Origin: an uncultured cyanobacterium
Lineage (GTDB): Bacteria > Cyanobacteriota > Cyanobacteriia > PCC-6307 > Cyanobiaceae
DNA: 64,000 nucleotides
Direction: 5' to 3'
Assembly: GCA_963697335.1 (NCBI GenBank)
Contig: CAVONQ010000018.1
Location: 64,001-128,000 of the forward strand
Shown here: piece after piece, positions 1 through 13,782 of the stretch
How positions within the stretch are numbered: the stretch's first letter is position 1
How the letters are laid out: each line of letters opens with the position of its first letter
Made by a program: the position numbers and the translations under genes
Notes under the pieces: generated by a model
What the model was told of the DNA's origin: nothing
Databases searched by the model: none
What the model saw: the letters and a program-made list of their open reading frames with translations, nothing else

Positions 1-1
1 T

Positions 2-709
2 GTGGACGCCGCCGCCCAGCAGCTGGGCGAGCGCTACGGCCGCCTGGATCTGCTCATCAACAACGCCGGCGTGATGGGCCTGCCCCGCACCCTCACCCGC
101 GATGGCTTTGAGCTCCAGTTCGGCACCAATCACCTCGGCCATTTCGCCCTCACCCAGAGGCTGCTGCCGCTGATGCACACCCAGCGCGACGCCCGCGTGG
201 TCACCGTCACCTCGGGCGCCCAGTACTTCGGTCGCATCGCCTTCGACGACCTGCAGGGCGAGCAGCACTACGACCGCTGGCAGGCCTACGGCCAGAGCAA
301 GCTCGCCAATGTGATGTTTGCCCTCGAGCTGCAGCAGCGTCTTGAGGCCGAGGCCTCCGGCGTGATCTCCCTGGCGGCCCACCCCGGTGTGGCCCGCACC
401 AACCTGCAACCCGCCTCGGTGGCGGCCAGCGGCTCGCGCCTCGAACCGCTGGCCTACCGGCTGATGGGCCCCCTGTTCCAGAGTGCGGCCATGGGCGCCC
501 TGCCCCAGCTCTATGCCGCCACGGCTGCCGACGCCAGCCCTGGCGGCCACTACGGCCCCGACCAGTGGGGTGGCATGCGGGGTTGGCCCACCGCGGTGCG
601 GGTGGCCCCGGCCGCCCTCGACGCCAGCCAGCGGCAGCGGCTCTGGCAGCGCAGCGAGGAGCTGGTGGCGCAGGTGATGCAGCGCAGTCCCGCCGTGGCT
701 GCCCCCTGA
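2..709 (+). CDS. Short-chain dehydrogenase/reductase (retinol dehydrogenase/WWOX-like), 5' partial
   Basis: [17 protein letters not shown] and YGQSKLAN (YxxxK) SDR motifs; N-terminus lies outside the window. Confidence 0.9.
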   Translation: MDAAAQQLGERYGRLDLLINNAGVMGLPRTLTRDGFELQFGTNHLGHFALTQRLLPLMHTQRDARVVTVTSGAQYFGRIAFDDLQGEQHYDRWQAYGQSKLANVMFALELQQRLEAEASGVISLAAHPGVARTNLQPASVAASGSRLEPLAYRLMGPLFQSAAMGALPQLYAATAADASPGGHYGPDQWGGMRGWPTAVRVAPAALDASQRQRLWQRSEELVAQVMQRSPAVAAP

Positions 710-723
710 GGCGGAGCTCCCCC

Positions 724-1245
724 ATGGCACGCCTCGATCTGCTGGTACCGACCCTGGCAGCGCTGAGCGTGCTGGTGCTGGCCGGCTGCGGCCACGATGC
801 CCAGCAGGCCCTCAGCCTGGAGGGTCGGTACCAGACCCTGCGCCTGATGCAGTTTGCCGAGGTGCCCGACATCACCCCTAACCAGGTGCAGGTGTGGCGC
901 GCTGCAGGCCGCCCCCTGGTGCTGGTGGATGTGCGTGAACCCAGGGAGCGCCAGGTGTCCACCCTGCCCGGGGCGATCAGCCAGGAGGAGTTCGAGGCCG
1001 ACCCCCAGCGCTACCGCTCCAGCCTGGTGGTGCCCTACTGCACCATCGGTCTGCGCAGTGGTCTCTACGGCCAGCAGCTGCAGCAGCAGGGTTTCCAGGT
1101 GCGCAACCTGGCCGGCAGTGCCCTGGCCTGGGCCCACGCGGACCTGCTGTTCGAGCATCAGGGCCAGCCGACCCGGCGCCTGCACGTGTACAGCCCCGAC
1201 TGGAACATGCTGCCGCGGGGCTACGAAGCGGTGGCCGACCGTTGA
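724..1245 (+). CDS. Rhodanese-like domain lipoprotein
   Basis: ATG 724; signal peptide with lipobox LAGC; LVDVRE..E...S.LPGA and active-site loop YCTIGLRS. Confidence 0.8.
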   Translation: MARLDLLVPTLAALSVLVLAGCGHDAQQALSLEGRYQTLRLMQFAEVPDITPNQVQVWRAAGRPLVLVDVREPRERQVSTLPGAISQEEFEADPQRYRSSLVVPYCTIGLRSGLYGQQLQQQGFQVRNLAGSALAWAHADLLFEHQGQPTRRLHVYSPDWNMLPRGYEAVADR

Positions 1246-1305
1246 GGGAGCCACGGTGGAGGCGAGGGCGTCGCTTCTAGAATCCGACGTTCTCCAGGCC
1301 GCCGC

Positions 1306-4329
<3,024 letters not shown>

Positions 4330-4448
4330 GTCAGCCCCCCCAGCCAGGCCAGCTGCTACCACCAGATCTGTGGCAGCTCCAGGTCGTCCTGCCTACAGGT
4401 GGTGGCTTCCCCTAGGCTGAAGCGGATCACCAGTCAAGTCGATCAGCC

Positions 4449-4808
4449 ATGCGCGCTCTGGTCAGATCACTGGCCGACAGCCTGATTCTCGACACCCAGG
4501 CTGAGCTGCAACCGGCGCCCTGGGTTTACACCGCAGCGATCCGCTCCTCCGCCGATCTGGTGGCCTCCCTCAGTGGCATCGCCTGCCTGGCCCGTGAGCT
4601 CGGCTTCACCCGGGATCCGGAAACGCTCTACGCCGACGATGGCAGCAGTGCCAGCTATCACGTGGACCATGCCCACCAGGCGATCACCCTCGCGGTGACC
4701 TGCCATCCCCTGCGTGAGACCGTGGCCCTTGCCCTCAGCGGCGTCAGCCGCGACGACACCTATGCGAGTTTCCAGCAGGTGGAAGCGACCCTGTTCGGTT
4801 GCTGCTGA
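4449..4808 (+). CDS. Hypothetical protein (119 aa)
   Basis: ATG start, GC3-rich codons, fills the intergenic gap; no family recognised. Confidence 0.65.
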   Translation: MRALVRSLADSLILDTQAELQPAPWVYTAAIRSSADLVASLSGIACLARELGFTRDPETLYADDGSSASYHVDHAHQAITLAVTCHPLRETVALALSGVSRDDTYASFQQVEATLFGCC

Positions 4809-4924
4809 GGGGCTCCGGGCACTGCTCCCCAGGAGAGAATCGGCAAAGATGCTGCATCGGACCACAGTCAGTGCTCCATCCAGACCACCGTCAGGGATCG
4901 TCTGGCGACTCCCCCTACCCAACG

Positions 4925-6391
4925 ATGTTGCGCCGCTTTCTGCCTGCCCTGGCCACCGTGCCGCTGCTGCTGGCTGCAGCCCCCGCCCGAGCGATCGACG
5001 AAGTGGTGCTGCAGCTGCCCGTGATCGACTTCGGCTTCACCGTGCGGCTCAGTGAACTCGAGAACCCGGAGCTTTTCCTGGCCGGCAGCAGCGACCTGGC
5101 GGAGCTGAACCGCGCCACCAGGGGTGCGGTGGGCCGGCACATGCGGGCCATCTTCGACACGTCGCTGCCGGTGCAGACCCGTGAGGTGGTGAGCCAGGCC
5201 GCCGGATCGCCGCTGCTCCAGCAGCTGCTGCTGGCGGCATCAGCCCTCGGCCAGGTGGAAGGTCTGCCGTTCGACCCCTCCGGTCAGGAACTCACCGACG
5301 TGCTGAACCGGGCCACCACAGACGGCCAGATCACCCTCTACACGCTGCTGCGGGCCATTCCCGGCCAGTCGGTCACCGTGGATCTCCCGGCCGCTGTGGC
5401 CAGTCTGCAGCGGCTGACCAGGCAGCAGAGCCAGGCTCGGGCCCTGGTGGCCAGCGCTCCCCCAGCCACCGTGGCGCCCGCCCGCAGCGCCCCTGGATCC
5501 CGGCCCGTGCGGCGCAGCCTGCGCAGCATGGCCGCTGCGCACCGCGCCACGCCGCTGGAGGTGGTGATCGTGGAGCCCACCACGGGGGCCAATGGCCGCG
5601 TGGTGGTGATCTCCCATGGCCTCTGGGACAGTCCGGAAGCCTTCGAGGGCTGGGCCTCCCATCTCGCCAGCCATGGCTACACCGTGGCCCTGCCGAAACA
5701 CCCCGGCAGCGACGCCAATCAGCAGAAGGCGATGCTCTCGGGCCAGAGTCCCCCTCCCGGGCCCGAAGAACTGCGCCTGCGGCCCCTGGATGTCTCGGCG
5801 GTGATCGATGGGATGGGGGCCGCCAAGGTGGTGGTGGTGGGCCACTCCTGGGGGGCCACCACGGCCCTGCAACTGGCTGGAACTGAACCCAGTTCCAGCC
5901 AGTTGGTGGAGCGCTGTGACGACCTCGCGGACCCGGATCGCAACCTCAGCTGGGTGTTGCAGTGCAGCTTTCTCACAGCCGCCGATCAGGCGAGCCTCGC
6001 TGATCCGCGCGTGATCGCGGTGATGGCGGTGAGCCCCCCCGCCAGCCTGCTCTTCGACTACGGCTCAGGGGTGGGGATGCAGGCCCGGGCCCTGATGGTG
6101 ACCGGCAGCCGCGACTGGGTGGTGCCGCCGGATCCGGAAGCGCTGGAGCTGGTTCCCCAGGCCCTGCGCTTCGGCCACCAGCTCGTGGTGGCCGACGGCG
6201 GTGACCACTTCAACCTGCGGGCTGAGGCCGGCGGCGATGGTGGCCCACTGCGGGGGCTCGTGCTGGCCTGGAGTGACGCCGCCTTTGCGGCGGGCCCTGC
6301 CGCCAAGCCTGGCCCCCAGGCGGCACCTCTGTTGGGCCCTGGAGGCTGGGGCAACACCGACATCCCGCTGATCCTGATGCCAAACCCTTGA
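4925..6391 (+). CDS. Alpha/beta hydrolase with N-terminal DUF1400-like domain, secreted
   Basis: Signal peptide (..AAPARA), VISHGL, nucleophile GHSWG, GGDHF His motif. Confidence 0.85.
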   Translation: MLRRFLPALATVPLLLAAAPARAIDEVVLQLPVIDFGFTVRLSELENPELFLAGSSDLAELNRATRGAVGRHMRAIFDTSLPVQTREVVSQAAGSPLLQQLLLAASALGQVEGLPFDPSGQELTDVLNRATTDGQITLYTLLRAIPGQSVTVDLPAAVASLQRLTRQQSQARALVASAPPATVAPARSAPGSRPVRRSLRSMAAAHRATPLEVVIVEPTTGANGRVVVISHGLWDSPEAFEGWASHLASHGYTVALPKHPGSDANQQKAMLSGQSPPPGPEELRLRPLDVSAVIDGMGAAKVVVVGHSWGATTALQLAGTEPSSSQLVERCDDLADPDRNLSWVLQCSFLTAADQASLADPRVIAVMAVSPPASLLFDYGSGVGMQARALMVTGSRDWVVPPDPEALELVPQALRFGHQLVVADGGDHFNLRAEAGGDGGPLRGLVLAWSDAAFAAGPAAKPGPQAAPLLGPGGWGNTDIPLILMPNP

Positions 6392-6420
6392 GCGAACCTG
6401 CTGGGCCCAGGCCGCGGCAG

Positions 6421-7545
6421 TTATAGAGCGGGGTCGTCGTAGGCGCCCTGCTCGTTCCCGCCGCTGTGGTCGGACAGGGTTTGGCTGGGGACGTCGTCGA
6501 CCGAGGCCGGGTAATTCACGTTGCTGTCGGGCATCCAGTAGCTCAGGTCGTTATGCCAGAACAGCCGACCAGGCACCTGGGCTGAGGTCAGGCGTGGGTT
6601 GCCGGCCATGGCGGATACCAGCTGACCCATCTCGATCAGTGAGAGATCGGTCTGGATGTCATCGCCGGCGATCTGCACCAGTTCCGGCAGCCGGGATAAG
6701 CCACTGGGTTGAACCAACTTGCGAAACACCTCGGAGAGCACCAGCTTCTGCCGCTCCATCCGGCCCAGGTCGCCCAGCTCGTCGTGTCGATAGCGCAGGA
6801 AGCCCTCCAGGCTCTCGCCCCTGAGCAGCTGGGGTCCGGGGTAGAGGTCGATGTAGAGCCCCTGGGCGTTGTCGACGTAGTACATCCGCTTGGGCACATC
6901 CACCTCGATGCCGCCGAGGGCCTCCGCCAGGCGCTCCACGGCCCTCAGGTTCACCCGCAGGTAGCGCTCCACAGGGCGATCAAGCAGCCGCCCCACCTCC
7001 TGTTTGGTGGTGTCGATGCCGCCGAAGGCGTAGAGGGCATTGGCCTTGATCACACCCAGGTCCTGGGATTCCACAAAGGTGTCCCGAGGCACCTGGGTCA
7101 GCTGGGTGATGCCGTCCTTCACCTGCAAGGTGAACATCACATCGGTGTTGTCGGCCACCCGATCAGTGCCGAGCACCAGCACCTGCCGCTGGCCATTGGC
7201 AAACGGGTTCACGAGCGTGGCCAGGTGCTCCTGGGGAGTCCTCAGCAAGGGGCCCAGGGCATGGCTGAGCAGCCGCGGCAGGGGACCGGCCATGGCAACG
7301 CCACAGGCGAGGCCCAGGGTGAAGGTCATCACGGGCAGCCGGCGGCGCTGGCCTGGGGTGTCGTCCTTCGGCAGGACCCCACTGCGGCGCTGCTGGCCCG
7401 GCACCGTGGGGCCGCTCTTCTGGGGGGCTGCGTTCAGGCGCGCCCCATCACGGTTCGGGCCCTTGGTGCGGACAGGCCGGCGAGGAATCCATCGGCCTGG
7501 ACCCCGGGGTTCATCGCGTGGGGGAACCGGTTGGGCCTGGCTCAT
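6421..7545 (-). CDS. LCP (LytR-CpsA-Psr) family cell-envelope protein
   Basis: VLVLGTD, NTDVM, VPRDT, LRYRHDELGDLGRMERQK motifs. Confidence 0.9.
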   Translation of the reverse strand: MSQAQPVPPRDEPRGPGRWIPRRPVRTKGPNRDGARLNAAPQKSGPTVPGQQRRSGVLPKDDTPGQRRRLPVMTFTLGLACGVAMAGPLPRLLSHALGPLLRTPQEHLATLVNPFANGQRQVLVLGTDRVADNTDVMFTLQVKDGITQLTQVPRDTFVESQDLGVIKANALYAFGGIDTTKQEVGRLLDRPVERYLRVNLRAVERLAEALGGIEVDVPKRMYYVDNAQGLYIDLYPGPQLLRGESLEGFLRYRHDELGDLGRMERQKLVLSEVFRKLVQPSGLSRLPELVQIAGDDIQTDLSLIEMGQLVSAMAGNPRLTSAQVPGRLFWHNDLSYWMPDSNVNYPASVDDVPSQTLSDHSGGNEQGAYDDPAL

Positions 7546-7595
7546 GGTGCTCCTGTCGGCCGCACCATAAGGCTCGGAAGCCCTTCGCACCAGGG

Positions 7596-8792
7596 TCAGC
7601 CGGCCACAACACTCACCTGGCCGGCGGCCCGGTCTGCCCGTCGGCGGGCCGCCTCCACGCTGCTGGCTCGGGCCAGGGCCACCCCCATGCGGCGATGGGG
7701 GCGCGCCGTGGGCTTGCCGAACAGCAGCACCTGGGTGTCAGCCTCCTCCAGGGCTGCCGCCACCCCCGTGTAGGCCACGGTCTCCAGATCCCGGTCCGCC
7801 AGGATCACCCGGCTGGCGGCGGGTCCCAGGCTTTCGATCCCTGGAATCGGCAGCCCCAGCACGGCGCGCAGGTGCAGCTCGAACTCGCTCAGGTTCTGCC
7901 CCATCAGGGTCACCAGGCCGGTGTCGTGGGGGCGGGGTGACAGCTCGGAGAACACCACCTCCAGCTCCCCATCGGCATCCCGGCCCGCCTTATGGCAGAG
8001 AAAGAACTCCACCCCGAACAGCCCCGCGCCCCCCAGGTTGTCGGTGACCCGCTGGGCCATGGCCGTCGCCTCGGCCAAGGTACCCTCGCTCAGAGCCGCC
8101 GGTTGCCAGCTGCACTGGTAGTCACCCCGTTCCTGGATGTGGCCGATCGGGGGACAGAACAGGGTGGGACCCTGCCACTGCTTCACGGTGAGCAGGGTGA
8201 TCTCCAGCTCGAAGTGGAGAAACTCCTCCACGATCACCCGGGTGCCCGTGCCGCGGGCGCCCGCCTGGGCGGCGTCCCAGGCCGCCGCGATCTGCTGTGG
8301 TTGCCGCACCACGCTCTGTCCCTTGCCGGAGGAGCTCATCACCGGCTTCACCACCACCGGCCAGCCGAGCGGCTCGGCGGCGGTGGCCAGCTCCGCGGCG
8401 CTCTCGGCGTAGGCGAAGCGGGCCGTGCGCAGCCCCAGCTCCGTGGCGGCCAGATCGCGGATCCGGTCACGGTTCATGGTCACGGCCGTGGCCCTGGCCG
8501 TGGGAATCACGGTGATCCCCTCGGCCTCCAGCTCCGCCAGGGCGTCCACCGCCAGGGCCTCGATTTCCGGGATCACCAGATCGGGCCGGTGGGCGCGCAC
8601 CACCCGGCGCAGGGCATCGGGGTCAGCCATCGCGACCACTTCGGCGTGGTCTGCCACCTGCATCGCCGGGGCCCCGGGGTAGCGGTCCACCGCCACCACG
8701 CGGCAGCCCAGGCGCTGGGCCGCGATCGCCACCTCCTTGCCCAGCTCACCGCTGCCGAGCAGCAGCACCGTGCGGGGGAAAGGACTGGTCAT
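7596..8792 (-). CDS. purT: Formate-dependent phosphoribosylglycinamide formyltransferase
   Basis: LLGSGELGKE, KPVMSSSGKGQS, SPRPHDTG, RRMGVALA. Confidence 0.97.
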   Translation of the reverse strand: MTSPFPRTVLLLGSGELGKEVAIAAQRLGCRVVAVDRYPGAPAMQVADHAEVVAMADPDALRRVVRAHRPDLVIPEIEALAVDALAELEAEGITVIPTARATAVTMNRDRIRDLAATELGLRTARFAYAESAAELATAAEPLGWPVVVKPVMSSSGKGQSVVRQPQQIAAAWDAAQAGARGTGTRVIVEEFLHFELEITLLTVKQWQGPTLFCPPIGHIQERGDYQCSWQPAALSEGTLAEATAMAQRVTDNLGGAGLFGVEFFLCHKAGRDADGELEVVFSELSPRPHDTGLVTLMGQNLSEFELHLRAVLGLPIPGIESLGPAASRVILADRDLETVAYTGVAAALEEADTQVLLFGKPTARPHRRMGVALARASSVEAARRRADRAAGQVSVVAG

Positions 8793-8882
8793 GATCCTGG
8801 GTCGTGGGCTGCTGCCGATCCTCCCCTACCCGCCTGCCGCATCCCACCTGCTAAGAGAGACCACCAACAGCGGCAGGGAGCC

Positions 8883-9044
8883 ATGGGCAGCCTGATCGGG
8901 TTCAGCACCGCGGGCGACACGGCCGATGGCCTGGTGTTCGGCTGGGACATCACGACCTTCCAGAACGGCGCCCTGCTCTATCTGGGTCTGTCCTCGCTGG
9001 CCTTCGTGGTGGTGTGGGTGCTGGGCTATCTGCGCAGTCGCTGA
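8883..9044 (+). CDS. Small membrane protein (53 aa)
   Basis: ATG after GGGAG; MGSLIGFSTAGDTADGLVFGWD then one C-terminal hydrophobic helix. Confidence 0.65.
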   Translation: MGSLIGFSTAGDTADGLVFGWDITTFQNGALLYLGLSSLAFVVVWVLGYLRSR

Positions 9045-9055
9045 GCGGCTGTGGC

Positions 9056-9319
9056 TCAGGAGTCGTCGCCAGCGGAGTCCTCGCCACTCCAGAGGGCAAG
9101 CTGTCGCACGGCCGGCTCCTCGCTCACGAAGCCATAGGCCTCGAACACCGCCGGATCGCTGTGGGTGATCCGCTGTCCCTCCGGTCCGAGCTGGAGGCAG
9201 AAGCCCTCGCGGGCCATGCGACGCATCAGCAGGGCGGCCTCCTCAAAGCGGGCGGCCATCGCCTCGAGGCTGGCGCAGTCGGCCGTCAGACCGCTTTCGT
9301 TCCAGATGAAGTAGGCCAT
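9056..9319 (-). CDS. Hypothetical protein (87 aa)
   Basis: MAYFIWNESGLTADCASLEAMAARFEE..; typical codon usage, directly downstream of mraY. Confidence 0.65.
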   Translation of the reverse strand: MAYFIWNESGLTADCASLEAMAARFEEAALLMRRMAREGFCLQLGPEGQRITHSDPAVFEAYGFVSEEPAVRQLALWSGEDSAGDDS

Positions 9320-9360
9320 GGGGAGAGTGGCTGGGCAGCGGCAGGGTCGGGGCAGACGGT

Positions 9361-10461
9361 TCAGGGCAGCAGCAGCAGACCCAACACCACCAGTAGCAGG
9401 CTCACGCCCCAGAAACGGATCACCACCTGCTCTTCCCCCAGCCCCCCCAGCTCGAAGTGGTGGTGCAGGGGGGCCATGCGCAACAGGCGCCGACCCTGGC
9501 CGTCGGCGCCCTTGGTGGCCTTGAACACCCACACCTGGGCGATCACCGAGAGCGATTCGGCCAGGAACACCCCGCCCATCACCAGCAGGGGCCAGAGACT
9601 GTTGCTGAGCAGGGCGACGGCGCTGAGGGCCGCCCCCATCGCCAGGGAGCCGGTGTCGCCCATGAACAGCCGGGCCGGGTGGCGGTTGTGGGCGAGAAAA
9701 CCGAGCCAGCAGCCGGCCATGGCCACGGAGAAGGCCGCCAGCGCTGGATCGCCCTCGTGGCCCCGCAGCATCAGCTGCAGCCCCAGGCCGGTGAACACCA
9801 CCGCACCGCAGCCGGCCGCCAGGCCATCGAGGCCATCGGTGAGGTTGGTGGCGTTGCTCTCCGCCAGGAACACGAACAGGCCCAGGGGCCAGATCAGCAG
9901 CCCGAGGGGCAACAGCCAGCCCAGCGGCAGGGCCACGCTCAACGGTTCAGCCCCGCCGAGCCACTGGCCCTGCCAGGCCCAGAGCAGGAACAGCACGGCC
10001 GCCCCGGCCTGTAGCAGCAACTTGGCGCGGGGCTTGAGGCCTGTGTTGGTGCGGCGGGTGAGGCTGCGCCAGTCGTCGATTGCGCCGATCGCCATGTAGG
10101 CCAGGGTGATCGCCGCCACGGCCAACAGGCGTGGATCGGCAGGGCTGATCAGCCCCCCCACGATCACCCCCACCGGCACCACCAGCAGGCCCCCCATGGT
10201 GGGGGTGCCGGCCTTGTTCAGGTGGGCCTGGGGGCCGTCCTCGCGGATCACCTGCCCCATCTTGAGGCGCTTCAGCCTGGGCACCCCCCATGTGGTGACG
10301 AGCGTCGCCACCAGTGCCGCCACCAGCAGGGGAGCCGTGAGCATCGAGTTGGCGATGAAGCGGTCGCTCGCGAGGCAGGCAGCCAGCAACAGCAGGCCGA
10401 GCAGCACGGCCGCCTGGCGACTGTTGCGGGGCCAGGGAGGTGCGGTAGGGGTCACTGTCAC
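9361..10461 (-). CDS. mraY: Phospho-N-acetylmuramoyl-pentapeptide transferase
   Basis: [43 protein letters not shown]. Confidence 0.97.
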   Translation of the reverse strand: MTVTPTAPPWPRNSRQAAVLLGLLLLAACLASDRFIANSMLTAPLLVAALVATLVTTWGVPRLKRLKMGQVIREDGPQAHLNKAGTPTMGGLLVVPVGVIVGGLISPADPRLLAVAAITLAYMAIGAIDDWRSLTRRTNTGLKPRAKLLLQAGAAVLFLLWAWQGQWLGGAEPLSVALPLGWLLPLGLLIWPLGLFVFLAESNATNLTDGLDGLAAGCGAVVFTGLGLQLMLRGHEGDPALAAFSVAMAGCWLGFLAHNRHPARLFMGDTGSLAMGAALSAVALLSNSLWPLLVMGGVFLAESLSVIAQVWVFKATKGADGQGRRLLRMAPLHHHFELGGLGEEQVVIRFWGVSLLLVVLGLLLLP

Positions 10462-10498
10462 CGGAAACGGTGGCCCCAGTGTCCCTGACGGACTGTCG

Positions 10499-10774
10499 TC
10501 AGTCTTCCCAGGCTTCGTCCTGTTGCTCGTCGGCCTGGTTGTAATCCTCCTTCTCGCCCATCAGCGCCGAGAGCTCCTCCTCCTCCACGGTGCTCACGTC
10601 GGTGGAAGCCGTCTCCTCGTCGGCCACCAGACGGCCACTGGCTTCCAGCCAGCTCAGCAGATCGGGCTCATCGCGCAGGGGCAGCACCGGGGCCAGCTCC
10701 TGGCGGCCGTAGCGGGTGAGGGAGGGGTTGATGCTGTCGAGACGGCTGAGGCTGGAGGGGGAAAGCGTGCTCAT
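10499..10774 (-). CDS. Small acidic cyanobacterial protein (DUF3134-like)
   Basis: [20 protein letters not shown] followed by an acidic tail; upstream of mraY. Confidence 0.7.
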   Translation of the reverse strand: MSTLSPSSLSRLDSINPSLTRYGRQELAPVLPLRDEPDLLSWLEASGRLVADEETASTDVSTVEEEELSALMGEKEDYNQADEQQDEAWED

Positions 10775-10884
10775 GCAATCAGGCGTCCGGAAAATGGCGA
10801 TGGCCCTGGGCCCGACCGGCTTGGGGTCAATCCAGCATCAGGCCAATCCATTACCTTAGCTGCTGGCGAAGCCAACAGCATTCC

Positions 10885-11145
10885 ATGCCTTTCCCGGCCC
10901 CTGTTGCCGCCGGCACCTTCCGTTCCGTGCTGCGCCTCTGGGCCCTGGCCCTGGCCGTGAGTGCGGGCCTGAGTGCCGCTGGCGAGCGCTGGCCCCTTCC
11001 CCTGCCGGTGGATCCCGCCCTGGTCACCCTGCTGCTGCTGGGTCTGCCCCTGCTGGTGGGACTCTGGCTGCTGCTGCGCTGGCGCCTGCCCGCAGAGCCT
11101 GCGCTGGGGCCCGGGGCAGACCACGGTGGAGAATCGGGCGGCTGA
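10885..11145 (+). CDS. Small membrane hypothetical protein
   Basis: Two hydrophobic segments; immediately upstream of argG. Confidence 0.55.
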   Translation: MPFPAPVAAGTFRSVLRLWALALAVSAGLSAAGERWPLPLPVDPALVTLLLLGLPLLVGLWLLLRWRLPAEPALGPGADHGGESGG

Positions 11146-11163
11146 GTACATGGAGCGCTGTTG

Positions 11164-12375
11164 ATGGGCCGGGCCAAGAAGGCTGTGCTGGCGTATTCCG
11201 GCGGGGTGGACACCAGCGTCTGCATCCCCTATCTGATGAAGGAATGGGGCGTGGAGGAGGTGATCACCTTTGCCGCCGACCTGGGCCAGGGTGATGAGCT
11301 GGAGCCGATTCGCCGCAAGGCCCTCGATGCCGGCGCGGCCCAGTCGCTGGTGGGCGATCTGATCGAGCCCTTCATCCGCGAGTTCGCCTTTCCGGCGATC
11401 CGGGCCAATGCCCTCTACGAGGGCCGCTACCCGCTCTCCACAGCGCTGGCCAGGCCGCTGATCGCCCGCAGGCTGGTGGAGATCGCCCGGGAGCTGGGTG
11501 CTGACGCTGTGGCCCACGGCTGCACCGGCAAGGGCAACGACCAAGTGCGCTTCGATGTGGCGATCGGCGCCCTGGCCCCCGACCTGAAGGTGCTCACCCC
11601 CGCCCGCGAGTGGGGCATGAGCCGCGAGCAGACCATTGCCTACGGGGAGCGCTGTGGCATCCCCTCGCCGGTGAGCAAGGGCTCGCCCTACTCGATCGAC
11701 CTCAACCTGCTGGGCCGCTCGATCGAGGCGGGCCCCCTCGAGGATCCGGCCGTGGAGCCCCCCGAGGAGGTGTTCGCCATGACCCGCTCGGTGCAGGACG
11801 CCCCGGCGGAGCCCCAGACGATCAGGCTCGACTTCGAGCACGGCGATGCCGTGGCGATCGACGGCGAACGGCTTGACCCGGTGAGCCTGATCCGCCGCGC
11901 CAATGCCCTGGCTGGCCTGCATGGCTTCGGGCGGTTGGACATCATGGAAAACCGGGTGGTGGGCATCAAGAGCCGCGAGATCTACGAGACCCCGGGACTG
12001 CTGCTGCTGATCCGCGCCCACCAGGAAATCGAGAGCCTCACCCTGGCGGCAGACGTGCTGCGCACCAAGCGTCAGCTGGAGCAGCAGTGGGCCGATCTGG
12101 TGTACCAGGGTCTCTGGTTCGGCCCGCTCAAGGACGCCCTCGACGGCTTCTTCGAACGCACCCAGCAGAGGGTGAACGGCTCCGTGCGGGTGAGGCTGCA
12201 CAAGGGCAATGCCACCGTGGTTGGCCGTAGCAGCGCCAACGACAGCCTCTACGTGCCGGACATGGCCACCTATGGCTCCGACGACCTGTTCGATCACCGG
12301 GCTGCAGAGGGCTTCATCTACGTGTGGGGTCTGCCCACTCGGCTCTGGGCCGCCCGTCAGAGGAAGAGTCCCTGA
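11164..12375 (+). CDS. argG: Argininosuccinate synthase
   Basis: [37 protein letters not shown]. Confidence 0.98.
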   Translation: MGRAKKAVLAYSGGVDTSVCIPYLMKEWGVEEVITFAADLGQGDELEPIRRKALDAGAAQSLVGDLIEPFIREFAFPAIRANALYEGRYPLSTALARPLIARRLVEIARELGADAVAHGCTGKGNDQVRFDVAIGALAPDLKVLTPAREWGMSREQTIAYGERCGIPSPVSKGSPYSIDLNLLGRSIEAGPLEDPAVEPPEEVFAMTRSVQDAPAEPQTIRLDFEHGDAVAIDGERLDPVSLIRRANALAGLHGFGRLDIMENRVVGIKSREIYETPGLLLLIRAHQEIESLTLAADVLRTKRQLEQQWADLVYQGLWFGPLKDALDGFFERTQQRVNGSVRVRLHKGNATVVGRSSANDSLYVPDMATYGSDDLFDHRAAEGFIYVWGLPTRLWAARQRKSP

Positions 12376-12417
12376 CGGACCGCCGCTGACCTGGCTGGAG
12401 GCCAGCCGCCGCAGAAC

Positions 12418-12777
12418 TCAGTGGGGGTTGGGGCCCAGCCCGAGGGCATGCCGCAGCGCCTGGCCCAGGCCCGCTGGGGCCGGGAGGCTGGCTGGGGCCG
12501 CTGGAAGTGCCAGGGCCTCGGCTGCAGGTGCTTGCAGCAGCTGCTGACGCAGCAGCTCGTTCTCCGCAGCCAGCCGCTCACGGTGGCCCAGCATCGGTCT
12601 CAGCCGCTGCTCAAACCGCTGCTCGAAGATTTCAGGCAGGCTCTCGAGCAGGGTTCGATGGGACTCAAGCTGCTTCTGGATGGTGTCGAGCTGCTGCTGC
12701 AGCGATGCCAGCCTCTGGTTGAGGTCGTCTGCCTGGGGGCTCCCATCGCCGGGAGGGTGGGATGCCGCTTGACCCAT
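12418..12777 (-). CDS. Hypothetical coiled-coil protein
   Basis: Gln/Leu-rich heptads; downstream of rpsF. Confidence 0.55.
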   Translation of the reverse strand: MGQAASHPPGDGSPQADDLNQRLASLQQQLDTIQKQLESHRTLLESLPEIFEQRFEQRLRPMLGHRERLAAENELLRQQLLQAPAAEALALPAAPASLPAPAGLGQALRHALGLGPNPH

Positions 12778-12815
12778 GGTTGCGCTCGCACCGGCGGGGG
12801 AAGAAGGGCCCTGGC

Positions 12816-13175
12816 TCAGGCCGGCACAGGCTGAGGCGAGCCTTCGCTGGCGGCTCCGGGCGCGACCCGGGGAGCCGGCATGGGGCCGTCCTGCTTGACG
12901 GTGAGGTAGCGGATCACGTCCTCGGAGAGGCGCATGGCCCGCTCCAGCAGGGCGACCTGCTGGCCGTCACCGTTGTGGTTCAGCTGCACGTAGATGCCTT
13001 CGCGGTGCTTGCTGATCGTGTAGGCCAGGCGGCGCTTGCCACGCATCTGGCAGTCGAGCACCTCAGCGCCCGCCTCCACGATCAGATCGCGGTATTTGGC
13101 GATGTGGCTCTCCACCTCTTCCTCCGGGATGTCCGGACGAAGGATGTACATCGTTTCGTAGTAAGGCTGCGTCAT
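12816..13175 (-). CDS. rpsF: 30S ribosomal protein S6
   Basis: [25 protein letters not shown]. Confidence 0.98.
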   Translation of the reverse strand: MTQPYYETMYILRPDIPEEEVESHIAKYRDLIVEAGAEVLDCQMRGKRRLAYTISKHREGIYVQLNHNGDGQQVALLERAMRLSEDVIRYLTVKQDGPMPAPRVAPGAASEGSPQPVPA

Positions 13176-13286
13176 GGGATCGCCGTGTCGGGAAAGCCCG
13201 CTCGGGGCAGGGGGAGGGCGGTGGCCGATGGCAAGACGCCATCAGCGACGGATCGTCCAACCTATCAGCGCAGCCGCAGCTCCAAC

Positions 13287-13754
13287 TCAGTAGAGCTGCA
13301 TGCGCACGGCGGCAGACACGGCGGGCAGGTCGGCCTCCTCGCCCCGCAGGCTCTGCACCATCCCGAAGGCCACCAGCACCAGGGCCCCCAGGAACACCGT
13401 GTTGCTGAGGGTGCGCAGGGCGAAGCCAGCCCCCAGGGGCGCCAGCAGGATGCTGAACACCAGCGACACCAGCACCAGCACGATGTCGATCAGAATCGCC
13501 TGCAGCACGCTGAAGCGGATCAGGTAGGGCACGCGCTGGTTGCGCACCACCGCCAGGAACAGCACCAGGAACAGCAGGAAGCCGCCGAAGGGCACCGCCT
13601 GCTGCAGCAGGGCCACCGGCAGGGCCGGCGCAGCGAGCCACTGCAACAGCGGAAACATGACGAACAGGCTGCGCCCGAATTCCAAGGCATCTGCCCAGGG
13701 CAGGAGATAGGCCAGGGCGGCCAGCAGTCGCTGCCACAGCGGGGCACCTTGCAT
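13287..13754 (-). CDS. Tic20/Ycf60 family membrane protein
   Basis: RLLAALAYLLPW, LFLAVVRN..VPYLIRF...QAILIDI. Confidence 0.88.
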   Translation of the reverse strand: MQGAPLWQRLLAALAYLLPWADALEFGRSLFVMFPLLQWLAAPALPVALLQQAVPFGGFLLFLVLFLAVVRNQRVPYLIRFSVLQAILIDIVLVLVSLVFSILLAPLGAGFALRTLSNTVFLGALVLVAFGMVQSLRGEEADLPAVSAAVRMQLY

Positions 13755-13782
13755 GGTGGATCGCACAACGGATGATTGCAGG

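Noticed and set aside
1246..1305. LexA box upstream of uvrA
   Set aside because: Only a -10-like TAGAAT (1278-1283) is seen; no match to the cyanobacterial LexA consensus.
13176..13286. Hairpins in the rpsF leader as an S6:S18 autoregulatory RNA
   Set aside because: Stems exist, but the motif cannot be confirmed by eye and rpsR is not adjacent.
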